From: Aureliella sp.
GTDB lineage: Bacteria; Planctomycetota; Planctomycetia; Pirellulales; Pirellulaceae
Length of the DNA: 64,000 nucleotides
Reading direction: 5' to 3'
Assembly: GCA_963691875.1 (NCBI GenBank)
Contig: OY829846.1
Span: 3,200,001-3,264,000 of the forward strand
The notes under the pieces are model-generated. The model did no database searches and was not told the origin of the DNA. It saw nothing but the letters and a program-made list of their open reading frames with translations. The stretch's first letter is position 1. Every line of letters begins with the position of its first letter. This document shows, one piece after another, positions 40,001 through 47,200 of this stretch. The position numbers and the translations under genes were made by a program.

Positions 40001-40982
40001 TGTCGTCGCAGGTAACCAACTGGCACTGCAGCTAACTGCCAACCAATCGGGTACTGCGGTAATTAGCATCAGAGCCGAAGATACCGAAGGTCAAGCGATC
40101 ATCGATACCTTTAACTTGACCGTGAATCCGGTAAATGACGTGCCTGTCACGATGCCAGACAGCTATGTGGTGCCACAAGGAACTGAGCTAGTCACTACCG
40201 ACCCACGCGGCTCGATTCCAGGCACGGAAAACGATGGTGTCTTGGCAAATGATGTCGATCCAGAAGGTGCGACGTTGAGTGCACTGTTGGTTGACGCTCC
40301 TGCTCATGCCAGCAGCTTTACACTGAACGCGAACGGAACGTTTACCTACCAGCACGACTTCACTGCTGGTCGGCAACTCGACTTCTTCACTTACATCGCA
40401 TCGGATGGAATTGGTCAAAGTACCACGACGACGGTCACAATTGAGATTGCTCCCCCGCCACCGCCGCCGCACCAGAATCCATCCGATCCATTCGATGTAA
40501 ACGCAGATGGCTTCATCAGCCCGATCGACGCGTTGCTGGTGATTAACTTCCTGAACACAACAGGTGCCGTCCCGGTTGCTGGCCTGCCTAGTCCACCTCC
40601 TTATCGGGATGTCAATGGCGACAACTTCATCACGCCAATCGATGCCCTGAGCGTCATCAACGAGTTAAATCAGAACTCGGCTGGCAACGGCGAAGGCGAG
40701 TTTCTTGATGGCTCCTTTGCTTATCCATTGCATTTGTTCGGTTCGGAGTACGTGTTTGCTGCTAGCGAAAACCGTCGCATTGGAATGCGTGACGTGCAGC
40801 GTGAAGACGACATGGTTTATGGTCCTGCCCTGCCGGTGACTGATGTTGTGTTCGCTGAGGTAGCTGCTGCTGACACGGTGCCGGCTGATACAAGCTGGGT
40901 TGAAGATGAAGCTGACGAAGAGGAAACGCACCTAGCATTGGACCAACTACTGGAAAGCGAGTTCGGCGAAGATCTGTCATAA
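25026..40982 (+). CDS. Giant multidomain surface protein 1 (5318 aa; tandem-95/cadherin-like repeats, GEVED, PPC, beta-helix, dockerin)
   Basis: Planc_extracel/LEPR-XLL motif RRLRGLLLETLEERRLLA, degenerate matrixin-like domain, several PPC-like D(V/I)DxYxF...GxY domains, beta-helix segments, GEVED at 38502-38516, six (V)NDAP-type repeats, and paired DVNxDG dockerin loops at about 40470-40670. Confidence 0.9.
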   Translation: MANRKSHSASFSSSSDSQKAKQDAKRRLRGLLLETLEERRLLAVGPQLVGIQPNGSDLLFNGDVRTESPRELTFRFDDMQQIHPDTLQGIRLTASGGDGSFGLPSAASDFGSRGAVEIQLTSTDEDRTLTVNVGSVDLGNGTAPSFGLSGDTITIVLNSNATSPTTAQQLVDAINTAPLLQSVMTAAINGGHADAALGTNALSIAVVDDNDVRIEPGFAVVGQAPNENEVTLRYGEALPDDQYRIEVFGFDDNVQGVVGLRNNDAGQPGELFIPSDPGTRKDTVDFYLDPGPQVTSVVPQPVIRGSNGLEQLRDTIVVHFDNDKLLVENDANGNPMPQSVENPEFYQLIFTKDTVRNTDDFRFFPQNVEYNAVTNSATLRFGQDINDLPGANAGPRTFRLRVGTRESAPMAPVVSNAAATTISDLNTDGAAKFRFVARELGEAGNGVEIVVVNSLSGNPLEITASGKTINVDLGSNNVTAGELLVALQNSSASSGLVSIQLEPGSDPNVVLDQPINYSPIQVVGLGSSFDTAGDLGVIGSTDVNQTSIILSSDIDPVAFESDLVGANDDPGHRQLPDTAGFERHINDLFGADSIDGVTTIPYNFQLLYGEDSIGTPLTNAITEKQKERAREALQIWSNQIGVQFIETDSQGITIATGSFNAFDGPGAGQVITEGGISTGVRIDPTFEDSLLVLSAVRQWEDNYGEDYFRAALTGMGMLLGLERAGDTPVGTLMRLSTGFVNGSGAEPIFPGTIDVLHAQHVFRNDSNDIDLYRFEVDLEPGREGLFVAETFAERLPNSSSLDTLLHVYKQRQAFANSNFAAGAGLNVRFDAIKPGRLGNNLEIFVTSSDRGAGAPVLVSAFENLITVDLNSHLGTESTAQQVVDAINADTAAAALVRASVTGGSPSTVLGSREITYSPIVLSDGDVELIARNDDYSSEDSKIELNLGSGTYYIGVSASGNDAYDGVIEDTGLDGSTQGRYDLRVTYRAQVDAADSIRDAAGTFPGDESIIFDGDADGTPGGTYDFWFQTRPLNRVLSFNAGATPSLEGKIVELTGANGVTRRFEFTTSTFVGVGNTAVVFTSGANSGTLAASLAQAILSRPELGINAVANGDEIELTGDRSVDLSPGLDVIDILGKTIFVDKTAGVNADGSLARPFNNISGAGVPNAFEAAQPGDIVRIVGNGGGDDDITTVGDNFAYEVGFSLIGNNPLSDGDALEVPQGVTTMIDAGAIFKLRRSHIGVGSSNLGVDRSGAALQVLGTPYLTDTDGGFLRDPLGNKVPGSVFFTSWLDEAIGQDTYLPDTQASTGDWGGISYRDDVDTDAGRRNLEDEGIFLQYVNHADLRYGGGSVNIDSVEQVVNPIQMIDVRPTVTFNTVSLSADAAMSAAPDSFAETSFHEPLYQLGGLFTSDYSRVGPEIHNNQLNNNSLNGLFIKVETAAGQSIRPLTVGARFNDIDITHIVAENVIVTGTPGGAILDTTIPRANLVSLEPIPGGSLLPGSYNYKISFVDAAGYETPASEASFTAALTPGAEQAIRLRGLPRATGEYVSRRLYRSDSQGGGVYERVAEIDAISTEFLDTGLQAAGKLTRDRADVSGVTGLASAGQGTLNGVFNYRLVMVDAAGRESLASNPTGDVDTGAATNASITLTGLPTVQADFVSARVYRSATGGAGPYILVGSYGPSDTAFTDNGTNLGTELSIYTSGNLRPRLDASLVIDPGAVVKFEGARIELEQGTNMLAEGVDGADIILTSLLDDRFGASGSFDTNNDFDSASPAPRDWGGIYAGSGSNLSLDLTTFAYAGGVTRIEGTFKAFNPIEIQQAEARITNSHFEFNEDGIGGQGPTNRLGRLDNRPATIFVRAAQPIIFGNTFENNAGSVIDIDADSLNAKLKGDYGRSTGLIDRVEGLDTNRGPLVRDNRLANNELNGMEIRGRELRTASVWDDTDIVHVLFNSVSVSNLQHEGGLRLQSSPSESLVVKLLGYGSNFDLTAGTGITATGFHTNANDRVGGTVEIIGQPGFPVVLTSFHDDTVGAGLQPDGTPQTDTNNNGISSVPRSADWRSVLLDQFSNDQNVERILESESATAIAPGPNSLASTAQVLGNLAANDTSSDENNMRQGFSVLGALSEPTDVDVYSFTAEAGTEVWLDVDNTRHSLDLTIELLNADGDLLARSDDSNVETTNASLITKTAAIVPTFVNPLNEAVGDFRTNASGSFKEYGSTNPRDAGLRVLLPGATGARTTFHFRVRSASINPENFNAGLTSGSYEVQVRTGAAQDFPGSTIQYADIRYATNGVHLQGLPGHSPLLGEVQEDESSVGGGGYANNDVNALNNENAGDALIATPGARDQYIGNILAQDRATLSIGGQLASPFDLDFYRFDVQYVGQARNSLDSAQLVFDMDYADGLNRADTSLSVFRVTPGFNEPNYQLVLFAEDSNIADDIRSPLELTDIADMSRGSVGPKDPFIGSVGLPEGQYAVAVSPAGRIPAALNDAGTRRTPLYSVLDNDSFSVNGTGVSSTFNLGGYSALDLPRAYVTVGGFGGGDVFLRDANGQDTLIDTYAGGRQAILELGDFAGQDGLQLVFTNGGFTQGIDLTVGFAERGESISNAVPGTSFVGVPVPPSTLQSGEYQLEIRQARDTIVDTNDRAANQVTLIAPQGSDLDDGDTFLLTDAGNAITFEFTTDQFVTPGNVPVAFNGTESPAEIATAIRDAINDPGVQSRFNLKASGAGGEETAPSTDARVHLYGRAAGEFGKLGVQYHSGSSDKNTLRDQGQVLISNNFIRHSRDYGVWTEHGQRSSDPRDNIGSIWPLAGSSMSSRPATGNTAQGAIRNLREPNNEVLGGFAPGIVVENNILESGGLGGVHVAGEHPIFMISAAFIPGWRDNPDTQGDHSTGTSTDPADHFGTLVEDGLAMTISGGRTTVDFEFEDMAADGGGGDGYADTNVPIWYRRDGGAAYLRGSAGTVGFSALETMQAIRDAIHGSILTTNGTTQTVKATVAPSFLPEALLNPGIGPSAGFINYFNNPAVFIEGVSSIEFGSRNPFNLQRIDAAETPQAFARIVNNTVYGNDGRASLDGSDRSAEEPNDFIREATQTWQGTGHNPQTYTATATLAGTDVDIYQFKLDIGERVRIDIDTPAGTSDLDSLLQIFDESGIRQTLLDGAGNEVNFIDNAAAPGEDLGLDPYLDFTATRPGVYYVAVSGSGNVEFDPLSMAGRTDATTSGQYDINLQVLHPQEFTVTVQDPSAYPAGSFFRVYQVADFADGTNFREFEFVDGGGGASNGRIPINIDYAEFRVSDVARAIAGAISAAGMGNAQALSNGDFNDASPLAGVTATALGGIDGVEAGLQLFGGRPDGLDGSHSSRGIGHDRTDSAEISGTSDGAGTQERFVVIENAAWVEGRGVIQVNPDLNASSNVDQLLPESGVLVSGGSSPTLMNNVFVNVQTPIFSEGGTKPGEVIVGGSAYQFSQGAPTNVPNTGLDFNFVLPNDHVVFENAQASVFLPAENSLIIDSSVDSLEERESFRTIKEAVGIDISPVLAPTHDATGQLRVDDPSVSPPNGPGSDVFKDRGALDRADFIGPVAEALRPLDNDSRGDDQDTTVSVIQLESGVFPEFRIQLVDASAIRPARGINDPGQAVTLFENGLLLIEGFDYSFSFNSTTSELIFTPLAGVWKNGAVYEIAINNRDRFVIEAPSGDAYADGDSFTITDTSNGKVFFEFDSGYELQVPQGLSMQIPLAGGAQGGIVDGDRFSLVISGVTTTFEFDRNNNLLPGNIPITFAYGDTQEEIIQKIVTAIQGSGFAVAPKVVGGGTLFFGSELGAQLDTNFTTIDQPATTAALRVPTLGPRPGGVVDGQTFVVSDGTRSITFEYETMGGVTPGNTLVDISTALIAEDVANATLVAINNSGLNLNATLVSPLLIHLGLSDNGSVDAATSGLTAVGVARTLGDGQTFTVSTPTGSATYEFDNDGSVSAGNVAIPIAITDTEGEIGERIASAIVGSSLGLSPAHVGGGKVSIGGTVDDQVDVSNSQLGLFGEPGVRPGTRLNVFGPLLLSVPNSGGANIPDNATFVINANNQTVVFEFDSDFSGPSLPGNVTINFDGLTTQADLTLAIIAAINSSSLGITASNQGAGVLSVGALQASDVILNDSTLTTSRGVVSDGEVFSISNGVDRITFEFDNADLGNGFNLGNVPILFNSTSTSQSVVESMKAAIESTSLGLSPTVLDSSTLQLNDTPRFSTDVSAAPTLLQTGVPGGAKPVTFIRHPSFTGSDVKQAIVAAINGSTDTNLIAADRGSNTLFVENALNISPEIGSFFLQGVADLAGNLLQANRINNETQFTILMPGVALDYGDAPDPFTTTSGRYPTQHENDGARHVVGTDALLGATITAEPDGQPTPLGDGDLDDGVTFGANLLQPGVFNRNVFTSIDVTLSSPGFVDAWIDFNADGDWDDPGEQILRSERFDGSSLSQTFMVTVPSTSPVPNGPTTTFARFRSSTTGGLIPTGLSVGGEVEDYAVTIVPGDPPVAVNDTYTVNEDATLTTTDSTGTTTPNFTTDDGIAANDTDPNGDSLAVVVIDPPQHASLFLMDSDGTFTYTPEADFSGTDTFTYRVNDGTLASNNIGTVVINVAEVNDAPVAANDSLVINEDELLDISEADLLANDSAGPGNSEDSQTLTITSVSSVSAQGGTVQIDNGRVKYLPPSDFSGVDTFVYTVTDNGTTAGAAAPLSASATVTVTVLDKNDAPTPGNDFLTTLEDTPASVSTDDLISNDSPGPGNESTQVLQFKSAATTSLNGGTVSVDTNSGLVTYTPPADFVGTDTFTYVVEDNGLSGGLPDPAEATGTVTVTVTGENDAPRIAAPFGVIPMQEDAPARIINLNDIFVDPDVATSGDVLTFTIVDNDNASLVTPVITGSQLQLQLEADQNGQALVVVKAEDAAGLSIQDTLTLTVVPVNDAPRLVQALPDITTDEDVDPAVITLAPDFFFDPDVTLNGDLLTFSVIGNSNPALVTPVVAGNQLALQLTANQSGTAVISIRAEDTEGQAIIDTFNLTVNPVNDVPVTMPDSYVVPQGTELVTTDPRGSIPGTENDGVLANDVDPEGATLSALLVDAPAHASSFTLNANGTFTYQHDFTAGRQLDFFTYIASDGIGQSTTTTVTIEIAPPPPPPHQNPSDPFDVNADGFISPIDALLVINFLNTTGAVPVAGLPSPPPYRDVNGDNFITPIDALSVINELNQNSAGNGEGEFLDGSFAYPLHLFGSEYVFAASENRRIGMRDVQREDDMVYGPALPVTDVVFAEVAAADTVPADTSWVEDEADEEETHLALDQLLESEFGEDLS
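38535..40450 (+). repeat. About six cadherin-like/Big_9 (tandem-95) Ig repeats in protein 1
   Basis: Repeat starts DPPVAVND, VNDAPVAAND, KNDAPTPGND, ENDAPRI, VNDAPRL and VNDVPVT, several with YTP..DFxGxDTFTY cores. Confidence 0.8.
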
Positions 40983-41281
40983 TGATGACTGGCAGCAGGC
41001 AGTTGGATGCTGTGCTGCCCGGCGATCTAGGCGGCTTGCAACCCACCAAGACACAGGCAATGCCTGAACCCCAAGGAGTGACTTATCACGTCAACCTGCC
41101 AAAACAGACTCTCCTGGCGAGAGTTACAAAACTAACTTTTTTCCGGCTCAGGGCCACAAGTGATCACCGCTTGGCGTCTTGAGTCGTATCCGTGTCATTA
41201 GGCCCCTTTGGTGCCAACAATGTCACGGACACTTATCATAAAAATACTTACTTCAACCTGAGTGACCATAAGGTAAGTCGA

Positions 41282-44200
41282 ATGGCTAGCCACAATCCAG
41301 CCCGTCCAGTTTCCTCCGTCTACGAGAAGCAACTGCGACGCAACCGTTTGCGCAAGATTCTGATTGAAACTCTGGAGCGAAGAGAGCTCTTGGCTTCGGA
41401 CTTGGCATTCACTGCCTTTGCCGATGGCACCGACGACGCTTATATCCAGCAGTTCAAGCAAACCGGCGGCGTTGACCCAACAACCGCCACTGGGCGCTGG
41501 ACGAACAACGAAGTCACTTGGAGCATCGTTCCGGACGGCACCATCGACAGTGCGACGGGTGATCCTTCGAACTTGATCGCCTTTATGGATGCGGTCTATG
41601 GACGTGGGGACAACGGTGCCCTCCAAGATCGTCCTTGGTTCCCGCTATTTCAAAGCGCCTACGAGAGTTGGAGTAATGTCAGTGGCATCAACTTCACTTA
41701 CGAGGCGGCCGATGACGGGGCCCCAATTGATCAGACAAGCATTGGTGATGCCGGAGTTCGAGGTGACATTCGTATCGGTGGTCGCGATATCGATGGCAAC
41801 TTCAACTCTCTTGCATTGAACTATGCACCGAGTGATGGTGGAGCTTCAGGTCTCGACGGTGACATGATCATCGACACCAACGATGCTTGGTTCGTGGTCA
41901 ACGCGGAAGATGCAAGCGCAGAAAACCGCTTCTTGGCTAACTTGATTGCGCAGCAAGCCGGACATGGGCTTGGGTTGGGGCATCGAATTGACGCCGTCGG
42001 TGAAAAACTGATGGAGCATACCGTCACCGATGTCTTTGCAGGTCCGCAGCACGACGACATTCTTGGCGCTCAACGCATTTACGGTGACAGCGACGAAGGC
42101 AATAACAATCCTGGCTCGGCGACGCAACTTGGCAATCTCGGAAACGGAAGTGTCCGCATAGCTGGCAATTCAATTGATTCCAACGCCGACACTGATTGGT
42201 ATGGTTTCCGAATTCCTTCGAACGGCAAGATGACTTTGGCATTAAGTCCAACCGGTGAAATCTATGACGCCGGCGACGATGGTGGTGCTGTTTTAAGCTT
42301 AAATACGCAACGCAACATGTTGCTTGGCTTCCGCGTCATAGACGGGGCGACCATGACTACGCTCATTTCTGGAACAGCGGCCAGTTTGGGTGATTCGGTA
42401 TCCATTACCGACTTTTCTCTTCCGCGGACTGGGCCGGATGGTTATCTGATCGAGGTTACTGGCGCTGGTGCAGACATCCAGCAGTACAACCTGGACATCA
42501 CGCTCTCGGACATTTCAACTGACCTCCAAGTCGGCCCGACACTTCTTTCCGTTTCGCCTAACGTGGGTGAGATCTTCAGCTTCAACGGTATCAACCAACT
42601 CACGGAGGGGCCCAACGAGCTAACTTTGCGGTTTGACCGCGAGCTGTCTGATGCAGCGCTAGCAGGGTTCCAAATTTACCGCAGCGGCAAGGATCTTGAG
42701 TTCGATAACGGAAATGATGTAGTCATCACGCCAGGCTGGATTGGATTTGGCGAAACACGTCGGATCATCAAGGCGCGGTTTGCAAGTCCGCTCGTTGATG
42801 ATCTGTATCGCATCGAAGTGCTACAAGCAGGCATAACAGACACAGATGGCAATGCGCTCATTCCGCGAGTTGACGGAACCGATCGCGACGCCGTACTGTT
42901 CCGGCTTGAGCTAGGTGCATTGGTCAACGCAGTGGTGCCTCAGCCCGTGACAAGTCAGCCCGATGGCACTGTGACTCAGGCTCGTGACCAGATCGTTGTC
43001 TACTTCAACAACGATGACCTGCATCCAGAAGCAGTCACATCCACTGGCTCGCCGTCGGATCCAACGGTAGTCCGCCCTGAGTTCTACCAGTTAATCCTGA
43101 CGGAAGATTCGGTCACGCCAGGCGACGACACGGTATTCCGTCCCAACATGATCTCCTATGATCCTGCGACGGATAGTGCCACTCTGACATTTGCAAACGA
43201 CATCGATCAACTAGCTGGTGGGGCTGGCACCTTCCGCTTGCGTGTTGGTTCGAACATCCCTGTCAATTCCGCGGCGAATCCTCCGGTTATTCCGCGCTTC
43301 AGTCTAGGTGGCGACGTTGCTGGCTTCACTGCGGGAGCAGTCCCCCTCGGTGGACCCGATTTTATTGTCGCCCAAGAGTTAGTGAACACGCAAAACCAAC
43401 TGAATCTGGCTTACCCCGGAAGTGCGTTCTCAGATCCAGGGCATCGGGATGTAAATGGAACGAGCCACACTGGAGGCGCTCCAGATGTTGACCTGCAGGT
43501 AACTCAACAGTTCTATAACTTTGCCCTCGATCGCGATTATTTGCCCGGTGATCGAACATCCATCACTCCAGAGCAAATGGACCGCGTTCGCGAGATTTTC
43601 GAATACTGGGGGGCTCAACTCGGAATCGATTTCGTTGAGACAAGTGAAAAAAGTGACTTCACCGTGGTGGTTGGTCCGCTAAGTGGTGCGGGCGGAAGTC
43701 TTGGAACTATGATCGTTCCAGATCCGATTTTTGCACCTCAAGAGCGGCTTGTAATTCTAGACGCGGCGGAAGCATGGACGACTGAGGCAAGCTTGAACCC
43801 ATCCAGCTCAGGTGTTCCGTTCTTTGGAGAAGCCTTCCAGAGAATTGGGCAAATGCTTGGGTTGGGTCAGATTCAAGATCTGCCTGATGGAACGATTATG
43901 GCGCGTCGTGGCGCGGCGACGACCAACAATGAAGATGTGTATCCTGGTGATCATGATGTTGTTCATGGCCAGATGCTCTTCCGCCCTGATAACAAGGATG
44001 TCGACCTCTATCGTTTTGATGTGCCGGTTGGAGTATCGGGGCAGATTTCGATCGAGACCATGGCAGAGCGTCTCAGCGACAGCAGTAATGCAGACACTCA
44101 CATTACGCTCTTCCGTGAAACTTCCAGTGGACTAGAAGTGGTTGCATCCAATGACAACTACTTCAGTTCTGATTCGTACATCAAAATGGATGTTACGGCA

Positions 44201-47200
44201 GGCACTTATCTGATCGGTGTTACAGCATCCGGCAACGAGGACTTCAACCCTGTCATCGACAACACCGGAAGCGGTGGGACAAGCGAGGGACCTTATGAAC
44301 TACGCGTGAATTTCGACCCACAAGTCTCATCGACGATCGTCGACATCAATGGTTCAGCGCTGGACGGAGATGGTGACGGACTCGCTGGTGGCGAGTTTAA
44401 CTTCTGGTTCCGCGCGGCGGCTCCCGCAGATGTTGCACCAAGTGGTCCGAAGACTGTGTACGTGAACAAGGACTTTACTGGCGCGAGTACTGGTGAGTCG
44501 ATGGCGCCGTTCTCGTCTATCCCAGAAGCAATCGTAAATCGCTCCTCTGGTGACATCATTCGTATAGCCGCAACGATGGGGGCAGATGATGACGCCTCGA
44601 CGGTAGCTGACAATCCTGCTTACGAAATTGGACGTGGTGGGCTTGGCAATGGCATGCTTTCTGACGGGATTTCATTAGAGATTCCACAGGGCGTTACCGC
44701 CATGATCGATGCTGGTGCCATCTTTAAAATGGGCGGCAGTCGAGTCGTTGTGGGAAGTCGTGACGCAGGTACAGACAATAGCTTTGCAGGTCTCCAAGTT
44801 CTGGGAACACCTGGCAATCCAGTGATCTTTACTAGTATCGATGATGAGAGCATCGGTATCGATACCAATCCGATTCCGACCCAGCCGCAAGCCGGCCAAT
44901 GGGGCGGTATCGAATTCCGCAATGATGTGGATCGTGAACAAGGTCGCGGAGATTTTGAGCGTCAAGGGATCTTCCTGAACTATGTCGGATACGCAGACAT
45001 GCGTTTTGGCGGTGGGCAAGTTTTGGCGACCTTCCCAAGCCCGACCGTCAGCCCGCTGCAGATGAGCGAAGCGCGTCCTACACTGCTGAACAATAGCATA
45101 AGCCAGAGTGCTGACTCAGCGATGTCGGCGGATCCCGATAGTTTTGAAGAAACAATCTTCACCGAACCAAGGTATCAACTAGCTGATACCTTTAACTCCG
45201 ATTACAACCGGATCGGTCCTGACATCCGCGGTACGATGCTGGAAGACAATTCAATCAACGGGTTGTTCATCCGAGTCGAAACACTTGCTGGAAACGAAAT
45301 CGATCAACTGGATGTCCAAGCTCGCTTTGACGATACCGACATCCCACACGTGCTTGGTCAGAACTTGCTGATTCGTGGAACCCCAGGTGGTGCGGTTCAT
45401 GACGCAGCGCGACCAGATGTGAGCTTGGTGAATTTCAATGATAAGTCAGGAAGTTTGGTCCCCGGCGAGACACACAGCTACATTGTGAGCTGGGTCGATC
45501 GATTCGGTGGGGAAAGCTTGCCTAGCGTTGCTACCACTATCCACACAGTTGGTTCAACGGGCGGCGTGCAGCTGAATAGCTTGCCACGAGCGACCGGTGA
45601 TTTTGTCGGTCGATACCTGTACCGCAGTGCCAATGGAGGGGTTGGTCCCTTCACACTGGTTGCTGAGTTGGATTCCGATTCCACCAGTTTTGTTGATGCA
45701 GGCCAGGACTTAGGGTCCGAGCATCCAGATCCCACGATAGCTTCCATTCACCGAGCTCGTCCTGACGCAAGACTTGCGATTGATCCGGGCATCTTGATCA
45801 AGGCGACGAGCTCGCGGATCGAGGTGGGTATCAGTGGACAATTGATTGCCGAAGGTACAGATGGCAAGCCCATTATCTTCACCAGTCGTTTTGATGACCG
45901 GTACGGAGCTGCTGGTGTCTTTGATACCAACAATGATGGTGCAACCACCTCCTCCAATCCAGGCGATTGGTCGGGTATTGTCGCGAGACATGAGTCCTCG
46001 CTGAGCCTGGATCACACCCTAGTTACATTTGCTGGTGGTATATCTTCGCTGCCCGGCGGATTCGCAGGTTTCAACGCCCTCGAGCTGCATCAGACCGATG
46101 CACGCGTTGCAAATTCGACCTTCGAGAACAATGCAAATGGCTTGGGCGGAAATCTCGGAGCTGGCACTCGAGTTGGGCGTGGGACACATGATGAGAGCGT
46201 GATCTTTGTACGTGGTAGTCAGCCTGTCATCATCGACAACGTGATTCGCGACAATACCGATGGAGCTGCAGCGATTAGCATCGATGCGAATTCCCTCAAA
46301 TCCTTCTCGGTCCAAGATGGTGGGCGTGAAACGGGTGCAAGTGATAGCATGCCCGGAGCGATCGGGAATGTTGGTCCGTTGGTCCGAGGGAACCTCCTTG
46401 CAGGCAATAGCCTCAATGGGATAAATATTCGTGGTGGTGCCACGGAATTGACTACAGAGACCGTCTGGGATGACACCGACATGGTACACATCCTGCAGGA
46501 CGATATCGTGGTAGGCAACTTCCACACTTTCGGTGGATTGCGTTTGCAGAGTCGCCCTGGCGAGAGTTTAGTCGTTAAGTCTGGCAATGGAGCAGCGATC
46601 ACTGCAACCGGAACTGCACTTGATATCCCGGATCGAATCGGCGGTGCAGTCAGGATTTTAGGTGTACCAGGCTTCCCCGTCATTATGACGAGCTTGGCCG
46701 ACGATACCGTTGGAGCAGGTTTTGGGCCAGACGGTGACGTCCAAACAGATACGAACGGGAACGGTGCATCAACTGGCGCACCAGGACAATGGCAAGGTAT
46801 TGTTCTCGAGTCGCTATCCAACGATAGGAATGTAAATACGATTCTGGAACTTGAGCCAGATGAAGTACAAGGTTCTGGAAGTAACAATGGACCTCTTCAG
46901 GCCCAGCTGCTCGGCCAGCTCGCTGACGATCTAGACGCCGGAGATGAGAATCTGCGTCTTGGGTTTACTGTACAAGGAAACATTGCCACCGAATCCGATC
47001 TCGATGTCTACAAATTTGTGGGTAACGCTGGTTCGACTGTGTGGATCGACATTGACCGCACGGGAGCAGCTTTGGATTCGGTTGTTGAAGTGCTTGACAT
47101 CTTTGGACGTGTGCTAGCCCAGAGTGACAACTCGATCGCTGAGTCGCAAGCTGGCAATGTGCTGTTTACTGATCCGGGTGTTCTGCCGGGAACCGTGCAT

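Noticed and set aside
40982..41281. 66-aa ORF in the spacer and the upstream GTG start at 41192 for protein 2
   Set aside because: The ORF has no motif or RBS, and ATG 41282 gives a leader comparable to protein 1.
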